From Eledone cirrhosa (lineage: Eukaryota): a DNA stretch of 64,000 nucleotides. Position 1 is the first letter of the stretch. Each line of letters starts with the position of its first letter. Shown here piece after piece: positions 51,071 to 64,000 of this stretch. The stretch covers positions 343,356,001 to 343,420,000 of the forward strand of contig OZ024743.1 in NCBI GenBank assembly GCA_964016885.1, read 5' to 3'. The notes under the pieces were generated by a model. That model was not told where the DNA came from. It saw nothing but the letters and a program-made list of their open reading frames with translations, and did not search any database. A program made the position numbers and the translations under genes.

Positions 51071-51741
51071 CGAGAGAGCGAGAGAGCGATGGATGGATAT
51101 ATAAAGAAATGAGATACAAGGATTAGTTAATTATAATTAAAATTTTTTTAAACTTATGTAATTTCAAGCTAATTTCCAGATGAGAAAAGAAATAATAAAA
51201 ACTAGAGATTCCCTCAATTTTATTTAGGAGTATGAACAGAAAATTACTTGAGTGAGGTGGAATAATAGAGTGGTGTGGAAGGCACTATTTCATATATATG
51301 TGTATGCCATGTCATAATGACATGTGTATGTATTAACCTATAACTTCTGATAGTGTCATAGGGGCACTGCAGTGAGATACAGTGTGTCTTGGGTATTTTA
51401 AACCTGGCAGAGCTCATCCCTTCTCGAGGTCTGAATACAGTCTGATTTCTTACGGGGGGGGGGGGGGGGGGAGAAAGGAAATGAGAAAGAGGTATAGGAG
51501 GAAGAATCAACCCCAAAGTTGAACTGGTACTTTTTATCAACCTCGAAATAATGGTAGGTACAGTTGATCATAGCAGGTTTTAATAACATTAACACAGCAC
51601 AGGACATGTAAGAATTAATGTGTGCATGTTTATTGGTATGTAGACATGTTTATACTATTAGATAACGTGAATGCTTTTAATTTTATTTAGTTTCTCCTAA
51701 ACTTGTATATAAGGTGAAGAAGTATAGTAAGATAGAATGCT

Positions 51742-51971
51742 TTAACTCTTTAGCATTTAAACTGGCCATATCTGGCTAGAAGTCTCTCACCTCTTTCTGT
51801 TCAAACCAACCATAACCAGCTGCTCATACTGACATTAAGGTATTGTTCTCAAAATATAAATAATATAAAAATCTCATTAATTCGATATTATGTGAGATAA
51901 TTAATTATATGAGGTAAAACCTTTACCATGAAAATATAGTAAATATAGTAATGTAAATGCTAAAGGGTTAA
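51742..51971 (+). mobile_element. piggyBac-type MITE (TTAA TSD)
   Basis: TTAA|CTCTTTAGCATTTA ... TAAATGCTAAAGGG|TTAA. Confidence 0.85.
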
Positions 51972-52977
51972 GGTATTTGTTTCAGCTCTCAAATCCCCAA
52001 AACGTCAATGTTGCCTTTCATCCATTCGAGGTCAATATATAACGTACCAGTTTAATACTGGGACTTACTGATTTTCTCTATCTATATCCATTTATAACTA
52101 TATCCGTACCTATACTCCAGTTTGATCATTATTATTAAGGGCTTTTCTTATTTCCTTATTAGCTCTTTATGCTTAGTTTGGAACAGTAGCATTCTTAAAA
52201 CCATGTTTGTATAAATGTTTTAAAGATTTCACAGTTCCATCTTCTGTATTAGAATGGTCATACTAGTGGCATATTGATCAAGGGCTTAGCAGTAGTCATA
52301 AAGGATCAGTAGAGTGGTATTGAATTGTGGGCATCCCATTTAAAATATTTCAACAGTTGAACCATGGCAGTTATAAGTGAAAACAACCATGAGTGTCATA
52401 TATTATTCAACACCCTATTTCAAACTGTATTATATCCATATAGCCCGTTTCAGTTCTCATGATATATGTTTGTAAATAATGTGTATTATGAGTAATTGGA
52501 ACAAAATACTGACACTTCAGGTTAATACAATATTGGATCTTAAATTTGTAATGGCCATCCATTTGCTAAGGTTATCAGTGATGTAAGGAAGTTACTAATT
52601 AATATACAGAATTGCAATTCACTAGAATGAATTACAATAAAAAACATATGGGGAAAAGAATATATATGTGTATAGCTAGAAGGGTAAACAGACGTTAAAT
52701 GGTAATTATGATTTTATGTGTGTATGTGTGTATAAAAGGTAAACAGAAATAACAACACAAATGGTACAGTATATGCAAGGAATATATTAGTTTAACGCTT
52801 GAAATAGCAGTAAGAGAGGGGGGGGGAGCTAACAGCTGAAGTATATGATAAAGTTATATCTGTATAAATACAGAGTGTGTAACCGAGACTGCACCAACTT
52901 GTACAAATATACACATATATCTAATATGTAAACATGCCAGAAAATACAAAATTCCCTGTAAATTGAAAAAGCTATAA

Positions 52978-53026
52978 ATATCTTTAATTGATTTTCAGAT
53001 TTAACTGGGTCTTCATCAGAAAACAT
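52978..53026 (-). ncRNA. Minimal type I hammerhead ribozyme motif with an intact core
   Basis: ATGTTTT-CTGATGA-AGA-CCCAGTTAAA-TCT-GAAA-AT-CA-AT-TA-AAGATAT: 7-bp stem I (two G-U pairs), 3-bp stem II, very short stem III, UUA cleavage triplet. Confidence 0.6.
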
Positions 53027-53109
53027 TATATGCAAATTAGTGCATCCAATTCAGAACAATACTAATAGCAAATGGCTATATATACCCATCAAATATATGT
53101 TTCCTTGTG

Positions 53110-54260
53110 GTTTAACATTCATTTTCCATGCCTGCATGATTTATGAGATAAATCAGGTCAAGTGCCCATGTCTTGCTCATATTGATCTGTATTATGACTT
53201 GGTTTCTCCAGCTGGATGCCATTCCTAACATGAACCACATTTACAGTGTGGACTAGGTGCTTTTTACTCATGTCACCAGCATGACTACTATACAGGGTAG
53301 AGTGGAAGCCTGTTGTGTCACTGGCACAATCACCTTTCAGGGTGGCTTGACTGCTGCCTCTTGTCATGTTACTAATATGACCACCTTACAGGGTGGGCTA
53401 AATGCTTTTTTGGTTATGGCAGCAGTATTGTGAGAGAGCAGATATGGAGCATGTCCAGCTTTTCATGCTTGTATGCATGGGTTGAACATGGCAGTAAAGG
53501 AACATCAAGTGTGGAAGGTGGAAAGGGGAAGTATACAAGTAGGACATGGATGAGGTGAATGGGATATTTAGCTAGTGAAGGCAAGGTATTAAGACTGGAG
53601 ACGGGTAGGGAAAAGATTGCTGCAAACTGGAGTCCTCTATGTGTTTGTTTCATCCTGAAATGTTTGTTTCATCCTGAAATGTTTGTTTCACCTTGCTCCT
53701 TTTTATATAGTTCTCATCCTCCTTGCGCATCACATAGCCATACCACCACAATCTCCTCTCCAGTACACTGCATGTGCCCCCTCTTATGCTCAGTTTCTCT
53801 CTCACTTCATTGACATTTCGGATGCACACTACTATTATACATCCATCAAAGTATGCAAGTTTCATTTCTTTCCAATCTTTGTAGATCCTCTGCATATTAT
53901 ACCTAGGTCTCACTTCCTTGCAGCATTCAATCTGTCTTTCATATTGAGGGAAAACTCTTTGTAGTTAACAGTGGTAGTCACTCCCTGAACTTTTTCCATT
54001 CCGTTCTCACCCAGGCTACAGTACTTTTAGAACTCCACCTCCCATGCTAATTTGTCACTCAGGTAAGAGAAGCTATCAACTACTTCTACGAATCCCTCAG
54101 AGCATATAATAGGGCTCGTTTCCTTTGAGCTCTTCCTGCTTACTGCTCCAGTGCATCTACCACATATAAAACCTATGTTCTTTGCTAGCCTGTCTGAGAT
54201 CCTGTTACATCTCTTGTGTATCCATAGTTTGCTTTTGAGACATGGGTAGGTAGGAATTCT
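53110..54260 (-). mobile_element. Degraded RTE 3' portion (PHD lineage)
   Basis: LWIHKRCNRIS...FICGRC; VVDSFSYL; LERRLWWYGYVMRK; 3' UTR motif GCTGGATGCC. Confidence 0.8.
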
Positions 54261-54429
54261 ATATTGTGCATCCAATGAAAACTATGAATACACAAGAGAT
54301 GCATACTGAGAGAGAAAAGGGACTACAAATAACATAGATGCACAGGAATAATTAGCAGTATGAGCACCTATGAAATGAGTTCTGTCAAATGCCCAGAAAG
54401 CTTCCTAGATGTAATTAACAGCTTCTATT

Positions 54430-55092
54430 ACTTAGAAGACCTAATTAACAGTGGAGGTGAATATTCCAAGCCCATATGAACAAAGGAGCTATTATCTCTG
54501 GTGACAACAAGGGCAGATTGCATGATGTTAGTGTGCAAAAGCAATTTTTCATGGTAGTAAAACATGGGCATTGAAGGCAGAGGATGTGCAAAGGTTATAA
54601 AGAAACGAAACAAGCATGCTCCACTGGATATGTAATGCATTGAATGACAGCACAAATGAGCTGAATGAAAAAGTGGATTTAAAAGAAAGAAGACTGAGCT
54701 GGTACAGACATATGATGCATATGACAGATGGCAATTAAGTAAAGAAGCATCAAGAGTTCTAAGTGGAAGAAACATACCAAAGATAAAAACCAAAGAATAC
54801 ATGGGAAGAAATAATTAAACCTTTAACATTTACATTACTCTATATTTACTATTGCATTTTCACTATAAACACTTTATTTCACATAATAATAAGTATGAGC
54901 AGCCAGTTATGGCCAGTTTGAACAGGAGGTGAAAGAATTGTGGCAAGATACAGCCAGTTTAAATGCTAAAGGCTTAAAGCTAATCTCATGAGGCTGTACT
55001 TCACAAAAGAGAAGAATGAACTGCAACATGTGCCAAAATGCTATGCCAAAGGCTCAACCAACGCATGGAAAAACAAACAAAAATCATGATGT
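54430..55092 (+). mobile_element. Highly degraded RTE 3' portion, interrupted by a MITE
   Basis: Similarity by eye to 19230-19760 (GAAACGAAACAAGCATGCTCCACTGGATATGTAAT). Confidence 0.6.
54815..54977 (-). mobile_element. piggyBac-type MITE (internally deleted) inserted at a TTAA in the RTE remnant
   Basis: TTAA|ACCTTTAACATTTACATT ... AAATGCTAAAGGC|TTAA. Confidence 0.72.
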
Positions 55093-56387
55093 ATATATAT
55101 ATGACACACCTGTACAATTTCCATCTACACAATTCTACTCATAGAATATTGGTCAAACTGCAGTTATGGTAGAAAACACTTCCCTAAGGTCTCATATCCC
55201 ACAGTCAGATTGAGTCAAACCACTTGATTGCAAGGCAAGGCTTTTAACCACACAGTCATGTCTATGCTTATACCTCATAAAGAAATTGTATTTATCTCAT
55301 AAAAATACACAAAATATACTAAAAACTATTCTAAACAAATAGTTATTTAATGCAGCAAGTATTAAAAAGCTAATGAGAAATAATTATACAGCAGTGGGGA
55401 GATAACATTAGTCAAGGAAACATTTTAATTACAAAAAATGAGCCAAACAAGCTGGTCTTCAATGCAACAACAAATGAAAAAAACATAATTTGTTTGACAA
55501 CCATTAAACAAAATTATAGTCTTTATAATACAATATGTCCTCTTTAAAATGGTAGAGTGTGATTGTGGGAAATATAACTTGCACTTCTAACGGGTTAAAC
55601 AACTATGTAGAGAGTCCCTCAGTTGTTCATTTTTAAAAAAGGAAATATAGTTTTGTTTGTTTTTTAACCACAGGTCAGCTCTGAGCAAGTAGAGCTATGG
55701 TCAAGACGATTTCAGCTGTGACCAAGCCATCTTTTAAAGGATATGTAGAACTACCTTATCTAATGTGTCCATTCCTTATTTAAGAAAGTAGGGTGGGATA
55801 TGAGGGAGCTCTGGCTGCTATCTCTAGCAGGTTGAGTGACCACAATGATGCTATTGTTTATTCCTCAGTCAATCCTAATTAACCAGGCCAATGATCATGA
55901 CAGTTCCAGTCATGACCATCACATTCTTTTAGGTGCATGTAAGCCTATATTATCTAAAGTCTGATTTTAGGAAAATTTGGCTGCTATTTCTAGCAGGTCA
56001 TATAACTGCATAGAGGTTCCCTTACTGGATCATCAGTTATTCTAGAGGTTAAGAAGTTTTTACTAACTTCAAGACAATATTTACCTGAAAGCAGTAGATG
56101 AGACTATTCATGTGAAACAAATCCACAAGTGATGGCATGAAGATTAAACTGCTTTCTTTGTTTATTGGGAGATAAACTTAATCTGACACATAGTTTAATG
56201 CTGCCAACTGGCCCTTGGATGCCTTTAGTGGAGACCTCTATGTTGTAAACATTCAACTCAGGCCTTCAGTGAGAATACCTTCCTCTCATCAGTCATGGTG
56301 GCTCTGAAAAGTTTCATGATATCTACTGCCCTTCTCTCTCTGACTAACAGTAAAAAGAAAAGTTTCAAGAGTATCAATGATCTTCTC

Positions 56388-56593
56388 TTAACCCTTTAGA
56401 ATTTAAATCGGCTGTATCCAGCCAGAATTCTCTCACCTCTTTCTGTTCAAACAGGCAGCTCATACTGATGTTAAAGTATTGTTCTCAAAATAAATAATAT
56501 CAAAATCTCATAGATTCGATATAATGTGAGATAAAGCCTTTACCATGAAAATACAATACTATATAGAGAGTAATGTAAATGCTAAAGGGTTAG
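56388..56593 (+). mobile_element. piggyBac-type MITE (TTAA / TTAG flanks)
   Basis: TTAA|CCCTTTAGAATTTA ... TAAATGCTAAAGGG|TTAG. Confidence 0.85.
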
Positions 56594-56723
56594 AGGTTAA
56601 GTAAATTTTTTAGGCATGAGGCATTTTTTCTTGCCATTGTAACTCCTTTTTACTAACATCAAAAGATTTTGTGTATAGTATCAACATAAATAACAAGTAG
56701 ATTTTGATACAAAGTTGGAAACT

Positions 56724-56952
56724 CTAGCCCTTTAGCAGTTAAACCAGCCATATCGGGCCAGAATTCTCTCACCTCTTTCTGTTCAAACCAGTCATAACTG
56801 GCTGCTCTTACTTATGTTAAGGTATTGTTCTCAAAATAAATAATATCAAAATCTTGTAGATTTGATGTTATGTGAAATAATTATATGAAATAAAGTGTTT
56901 GACGTGAAAATACAATAGTAAATATAGAGTAATGTAAATGCTAAAGGGCTAG
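56724..56952 (+). mobile_element. piggyBac-type MITE with CTAG flanks
   Basis: CTAG|CCCTTTAGCAGTTA ... TAAATGCTAAAGGG|CTAG. Confidence 0.85.
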
Positions 56953-57057
56953 TGAAGAGAGACTGGTCCATGAAATTTCAGCTTCATGCATTATTTCACA
57001 AAAGCGCCAAAAACAGAGAAACTCTCAATGAAGAATTATTATAAATGATAAGTTAAA

Positions 57058-57275
57058 AAAGAACGATCGACTTTCGTCAAATCGGATCGAGGAAACACTG
57101 TTTCCATTGGTCTTTCCAATTGCTAATACTATCTATCGGTCACAACTCCAGGTAAAAGGAGCAACGTGAAATAAAGTGTCTTGCTCAAGGACATAACGCA
57201 TTGCCTGGGCCAGGAACCGAACTAACAACCTCACAATTGGGAATCCAATTCTCTAGCCACTCAGCCACACGCCTT
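57058..57275 (-). mobile_element. tRNA/CORE-like SINE with an alternative tail and a 14-bp TSD
   Basis: AATGATAAGTTAAA at 57044-57057 and 57276-57289 flanks a copy of the 46611-46825 family. Confidence 0.88.
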
Positions 57276-57925
57276 AATGATAAGTTAAAGCAACTAAATT
57301 TAAGTGGTTATGTGAATTCCCCTTCAGTAAATTTAGTTAGTCTGTCTTAAATTTAGAGCTTGTCTCAGTTTCATTGGCATGATACAACAGGGAGTACAAG
57401 ATAGAATGCCAGTCCATTACAGGGTTAACAACCAGCTGCTGATACATATTTTTTCAGCTGATTCAGCTTAGTGGACTGAAGCAAAATGAAATGAAGTGTC
57501 TTGCTCAAGGACAATTCTTCACCCAGATGGAAATCACCTACACAGGAAGTAAATTTTCTGAATCAGAATTTGTATACATTCTTTTCAAATACAATTAAAA
57601 ATAGTTGAGAAAAAATATTTTAAGTAGACCTATTTTTTTTATTAAAATACTAATTTGTTTTCTTTCCTCTGTGTTTACAATGACTGACTATTTGATCCTA
57701 CGCCCAGTTTATGTTCATTTTGTGGTTAGGATATTTGGTTTGCAACCATGTGGTTATGAGTTCATTCCTGCTGCACAACACCTTGAACAAGTGTTTTTAC
57801 TATAGCCTTGGGTTGACCAACGAATGCCTTGTCAATGGAATTTAGTAGACAGAAGTGTCATATATACATACATATACAAATATATAAACATACATACATA
57901 TACACACATACATGATATATATATG

Positions 57926-58198
57926 CCCCCACCGCAAGGTGGTCGTGGAGGTGCCACGGCAAAAAAGCACCCAGCCCACACTGTAAAGTGGACGTGTAGG
58001 CGCCTCGAAAAAGCACCCAGCACTCACTGTAAATGAGGTTGGTGTTAGGAAGGGCATCCAGCTGTAGAAATCAAGCCAAATCAGTTCCTGTATGAGCAAG
58101 GCATGGTCAGCCGACCAGACACTGCCCACAACAAGACAACCCGTCTAACCCATGCTAACGTGGAAGAACGGACGTAAAACAGTGATGATGATGATGAT
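57926..58198 (+). mobile_element. RTE/SINE 3' tail (5'-truncated)
   Basis: Matches the reverse complement of 31020-31290; (GAT)n end. Confidence 0.82.
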
Positions 58199-58373
58199 CA
58201 TTATCATCATCATCCTCATCAACATCGATTAACATCCATCTTCAACACTAGCAGGAGTTAGACAGGTCTTATTTTAAGGCAAGTTGTGTCGAGTGACCAT
58301 GTCTCGCTCAAACAGGGGTGTTCCGGGCTGGTTTTCTATGGCTGGATGCCCTTCCTAACGCCAACCACATTTA
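58199..58373 (-). mobile_element. RTE/SINE 3' tail, tail-to-tail with the preceding copy
   Basis: (CAT)n followed by ...GGCTGGATGCCCTTCCTAACGCCAACC. Confidence 0.75.
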
Positions 58374-58406
58374 CATATATATATATATGTATGTATGTAT
58401 GTATAT

Positions 58407-58931
58407 GTCAAGTTGCTCTCAAGTGCTACTAGTAACATGTAACCCAGTGCAACCTGTCTCATGGTCGAGTCGTTGGTGACTAAACCTGCACCCCCACCAA
58501 GCTAGCTTGGTGAGGAGGGTGATATTTGGACTCCCTGCTGGACGAAATACAAGACCCGGCAAAGGGTGGAAGAACTCAGCAGAGTCAACGACCATCCAAA
58601 TAGCATTTTTTTTGTTTTATTTTTACACCTGGGAGTGAAAGGCCCTTAGTTGTTGTCACAACACCTCTCTAAGAGAGGGAAACTCTGAAAAGAACCTGCG
58701 GCTTCGGAAGCATCCGATGATATTGACTAATTCTCCTTTTCTGGTAGTGTTTTCGATGCTCGGAGAGTGGGATTGGTCGAGTGCAAGGCCTTTACCCACT
58801 TAAAAAACCTTCAAAGCATAGGCATTGCTTGTTTAGGATATGTTACAGGCTTTGTGGCTGGCGGTAGCCTAAAAGTGCACCAAACTCTAATCTGACAAAC
58901 GATTGCAACACTCTTAGAGTTTGCAGCCATC
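58407..58931 (+). mobile_element. Diverged relative of the ~590-bp microsatellite-embedded element
   Basis: GTGCTACTAGTAACATGTAACCCAGTGCAACCTGTCTCATGGTCG...CACCAAG-CTAG-CTTGGTGAGGAGGGTGA...GGAAACTCTGA...GAGTTTGCAGCCATC, lying between (TATG)n and (TA)n. Confidence 0.8.
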
Positions 58932-58962
58932 ATATATGTATATATTTATATATATATATATT

Positions 58963-59018
<56 letters not shown>

Positions 59019-59807
59019 TCTTTCTTTTCAATGGCTGACAATACTTTACTGGCGCCACTCAAATAAGGTAGTTATTTAACCCATAAATGTATAGCAGTAA
59101 TTTGAACTCTTTGCAAAATAGGCCAATGTGACCAACTTGCTGACCCTGTGGCACATAGATATTCAGTTTTTCTTTGTCTCAACCCGACGCCAGTTAGTCT
59201 GGAGAACAGGAATTTTTTGGTATAACACTTTCAGGGGACCAAAGCTGCTCACAGACAATCAATCAGAGTTTCTACTGACAAGCTAAGATGTAGTGGTCAG
59301 CTGTCTCACACAGAGCCCTTTAGGTCTCTCTCTCTCTTTGCTTCTCTCTTACTCTTGGTCTCTCTCACTACCAAGCCAATAAAATCCCTCACATCCACAG
59401 ATGTTTGGTAAATACATTTTTAATATTTTCACAAGCAAACACACATACATCATACCTGATACACAACATCACACAATTCAAATGAGGTTATTTGTACTTC
59501 ACGTATTGTGATATAACTTTGACAAAAGTTATACTTAATATATTAGTAACATAGCAGCTTTGTGTTATTGTGGTCAATATATTTAATTTCCTATGTGATC
59601 AAGGTAAATCACTTATCCAAGAAATCATCATCATCATGTACACTTAGTCACTTGCACACTGTATCAGGCACACAAATCTTTTTTCGCCTACAATCTACAC
59701 AACAGTGACCACACAACTAAGCAATCCAAGTGAGTACACACAACCAAATCAACTCCAAAACACACCACTATCTCATCTCAACATCCATCACACACAATAC
59801 CTGCAAC

Positions 59808-59847
<40 letters not shown>

Positions 59848-60379
59848 TTTATATAATCGTTTTTACACGCTTGCATATATGTGTGTGTATGTACTGCATC
59901 TGTTTACGTTTCCGCCTGTGTTTATTTCCTGTAACTTAATGATTAGACAAAAAGAGGTTGATGAAATTAGTACCAGACTTTAAAAGACAGTATTGGGGTC
60001 AATATGATCGTTTAATTGAAAGTGGTGCCCGAGCATGGTCGCTGTTTAATAGCTGAAACTAATAAAAGAGTAATAATATTAAAAGACTGTTTTTAAATTT
60101 CCACTTCACTGGTTGTTACATTATAGTAGAGAGGTAGTCTCAAATTATTATATAAAACTAGGTGTAGATAAATTTACTTTGAAAACGTAACAACTAGGTA
60201 AAAACAAAACTGGAGACCTCTGACCTAAGCCATCTGGAAAAAGTATGCAATGAGTCATGCAAAATTTGAAAGGATATTCATTATTGACTTTCATATTTTA
60301 GTGAAAATATCACCTCACCCCAGTTCTGCACCTCAAACAAAACTATTATTATTATTACGTCAGCAGTATTATTCATCTG

Positions 60380-60721
60380 GATGCTTTCACTGCAAAACTG
60401 AAAGTAATTTCCACATGCCATCATCATCATCATCATTTTATGTTAAATGACGATGATGAAGGCATGTGGAATTGCTTTCAGTTGGCAACCATGCCAAATA
60501 CAACCTATAAAATAGTACTACAAAGCACTATACACACCTTATAGTGTGATTATAATAATGATGATAAGGAAGAGGAGGGCAAGTAGAATTGTTTTCAGTT
60601 TTGCAGTAAAAGCATGCCATATTTTCTATTCTTTATTTGATGTTTTTATAAACATTCTGCATAAAGTGTGTATAGTGCTTTATAGCACTATTTTATAGAT
60701 TGTATTTGGCATGGCAGCCAA
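60380..60721. repeat. Three interlocking inverted repeats
   Basis: Pairs: 60396-60439 with 60445-60483; 60482-60542 with 60661-60721; 60380-60419 with 60578-60615. Confidence 0.8.
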
Positions 60722-62960
60722 TTGGCAGAATCATTAGAGCTCAGGAGAAAATAAATGCCTTGTGGTATTTGTTCTGGCTCTGTACACTCTCAGTCCAAAT
60801 GCCACTAAGGTCAACTTTGCCTTTCACCCTTTTGGGGGCCAATAAAATAATGTAACAGTCCAGGACAGTAGATTAGTAGAATTGTTAGTGTAGTAAACTT
60901 TTGGATCACAAGGCCATATTTTTTTTGCAGTCTATGATGTTTTTTTGGATCAAAAGAGATTGTGAAAGTCTAGATTTAGGAGTTATTTACATAGATTATT
61001 TACATAGCTGTATATTGTTGATGCATAGAAGGCTTACATATGGATAATGCTTCTAAACAGAATGTTAAGGAATGAAGAGTCGCATCTACACAGAAATATG
61101 TGTAAGTGTTCAAATCATATTTGCTTTCCATGTTGGAATAGTTTGGACAGGTCATCACAGTGTGAAGTTAGTTCTTATTTAGTTGTTGCCCTCCTAGATA
61201 GGTTAGGAAACCACATTCATGCTTACACATTCCAAGTTTTGGCATGTTTTCTACAAAAGGATGCTTTTCCTAACACTAGCCAAGGACGACCTACCTAACA
61301 CCAACTGTGTGGTTAAAAGTAACAGTGAGTTGTTATTGTTATTCTCACCCACACACCCTCTTTCCCTGGTAAAACAGTTGGCCCTGATTCAGCAGACCCA
61401 TGATTAAATTTGTTCCAGGCATAACCATCCTGTCTTACTTTTGAAAACAATGTACTCCAGACTGCCTTATATGTTTCTTTTATTAAGACAATAAGATAAG
61501 TTTTTTTTTTACTTTTTACTGTTAGTTAGGGAATGAAGGATAATAACTTTAACCCATTTCAGGTCCTCCTGATTAGTAGGGAAGGAAAGTAGAAGAAATC
61601 CTAAAACTGGAAACCTTGCCTGAATGCTTGGAACCAAGTCAACTATGGTGGTTTTAAACCATGCAATAGATTAAGCCACATCAGAATATTACATCAATAT
61701 GCAAAGAGCCTGAACAAATAAAGCAAGGCCTTTTGTTCGCCACTCTAACAACTCTGCCCAGGAGTTCTGTTTTATTTTATCAACCTTGAAAGGAATAAAA
61801 GTTGATATCAGTGAGATTTCAACTCAATACCACAAAGTATTTTATCCTGACAATTTAACGCTGAAGGAGATTTAGCTGCTATTAATAACAGTTCTTTTGC
61901 TGGTTTATTAATGTTAAAATTGACAGATGTAAGAGACAACTGAAATTTGAGAAATACATGAGTTAGTAGAATGTTTTATCAGAGAGCACGCACACAACAA
62001 GAGTGGTCTGAAAAGAAACTTTTAATCCAAGAGCTGAGAGGCTTTCAATCCATCCATGGTTGGAGATTTTGCTAATAACAAGACCGCCAACACCAAAGTT
62101 TTTAAAGGCAAGGAACCACGTATGAAAGTAGGTCTCAGAGAGATCTAGGTCTCAGAGAGATCTAGCTCTGCAGAAACCATACTGATATTCACCAAAAAAA
62201 AAAAAGATCAGGTTAACGTTTATAACGTTTCCATAACCTTTGGAAGGGTGAACTATAAGATGGTGACTGGCAGAGTCAGACACGGTTACTTTTCTTTCAA
62301 ATGAAACAAAAGTCAAGTGTGTACTTACATATACATGAAGTACATATGTGTATAATAAACCATACTATCACAATACATTCAGAACACACAATGTACACAG
62401 AGTAAATAAATCCATTTCTTAAAGTGTTGTAGTTGTTATTATGGATGGCAACGATAGAAAGCCAGATAAAATGGTCCACAGTAATTAAATCGGCGCCACT
62501 ACATGCCGAGTTCAAATCTGACCGAGGACGCTTTTGTTTTTTGTTGTTGTTTTTTTATCATATAGTTTCGCCTGTTAAAGCTTTCATTTACTGGATACTT
62601 TCAATTGTGTTTATAGTGAAGTCAAACATCAACTGGGAAATTTTGTTCACCATGCCATCCAACTGCATGTGCTTGGGGTGAGCTTGAGAAAGGGATACGA
62701 TAAATATCAGGTATGTAGTGAGTTGGTATATTCTTTTCAGACAAACCTGTGGTATAACTAATACTACTGCGAGAAATATAACCGCCTCATATTTATTTTC
62801 TTTTACTTTCCTATTTATAGAGATACAGGATTAAATTAGATTACATAGCACTTTCGATATAATAGTCTAAACATGAAAATGTACGCATGTGTAAAAACAG
62901 TGTATATAATTTACTCTATCGAATGAGGATGTATATAGTGTTTACTGAGTGTATATTGTA

Positions 62961-63000
<40 letters not shown>

Positions 63001-63381
63001 CAGACACATTTGTACGGGTGTGTGTACTTTATAAGACTACATTTCTAACACAAAGGTCTGTGGAGCACTGTTTTTATACTGCATCACAAACATATATGGT
63101 GATCTTAATCAATTAACTAGACAAGTATAAAATAAAGTACTCAATATATTTAAAAACAGTATATACATTTATTTGAACATCCACATTACAGAGGTGATAT
63201 TACCTTTCTATCTCTCTCATATATATCTACATACACACACACATTATGCGTGTGTATAATATAAAATAATTTTATAAAACTATATATAGACAAAAATCGG
63301 ACTAGTGATATCGCCAATAGATCATCATGTAATGTATATAAGATATATATATAATATATATCAATAATTTCTATACTTTTC

Positions 63382-63509
<128 letters not shown>

Positions 63510-64000
63510 CTACAAGATAATTACCGACAGATGAGACTACGTATCTGTAGTAGTGTACATATACCAATATAAATTAATTGTTTCTACTTTTTGGCACAAG
63601 GCCAGCAATTATCTCAGTGTATTACTGGTACTTTATTTTATCGACCCCAAATTAATGAAAGCGTATATCGTAAGAGTATATATAATATACTCATTCACAA
63701 GATATTGAATACGTTATACGTGCTTGTCAATTGATTGTATACATGCTTAGAATATATACCAGTATATGTAATCATCTTTATAAGGGTTCATATACATGAG
63801 ATTATGTATGCATGGGTGGTATATATAGACTATACACATGGATTAAGATAAGCATGCCGATGCATGCATCATTAGCGAAGCAGTTAATGTGAGCAAGTTC
63901 TTTACACACTTAAAAGACGCTGTAATTATGAACTCCGTCATCGAAGACTGAAGAAAAAAGCAGAAATTGTGTTAATGTTGTCACGAGACGGACGAATGGA

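Noticed and set aside
56081-56180. Possible upstream GALNT exon ending in CAG|GTAAAT on the minus strand
   Set aside because: The phase-0 frame is short and encodes no transmembrane or GALNT-like sequence.

Overview
AT-rich, repeat-dominated eukaryotic DNA. The SINE families, RTE LINEs and long TA/CA microsatellites are typical of an octopus or other coleoid cephalopod; this is an inference from the repeat landscape. The only host coding sequence I can support is one 359-bp minus-strand exon (40648-41006) of a polypeptide N-acetylgalactosaminyltransferase of the GALNT2/pgant2 type, so most or all of the window is probably large intron. Bases 1-15.4 kb form a microsatellite-embedded retroelement cluster: a CR1/L2-type fragment, a near-complete R4/Dong-clade element, the 5' half of an RTE, and two copies of a ~590-bp non-coding element. 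The rest holds RTE remnants, tRNA-derived SINEs, piggyBac-, Tc1/mariner-, pogo- and hAT-type non-autonomous elements, Penelope-like ends and fold-back repeats. The most notable observations are: (1) a structured, non-tRNA ~590-bp retro-element found five times, always inside microsatellites with fixed polarity; (2) an RTE whose reverse transcriptase carries an inserted C4HC3 PHD-type finger; (3) four minimal hammerhead-ribozyme motifs, one apparently complete and sense to the host pre-mRNA; (4) tandem covarying pseudoknot modules in the 3' tail shared by the RTE and SINEs. All very long I/Y/M/C/V-rich ORFs are microsatellite artefacts.
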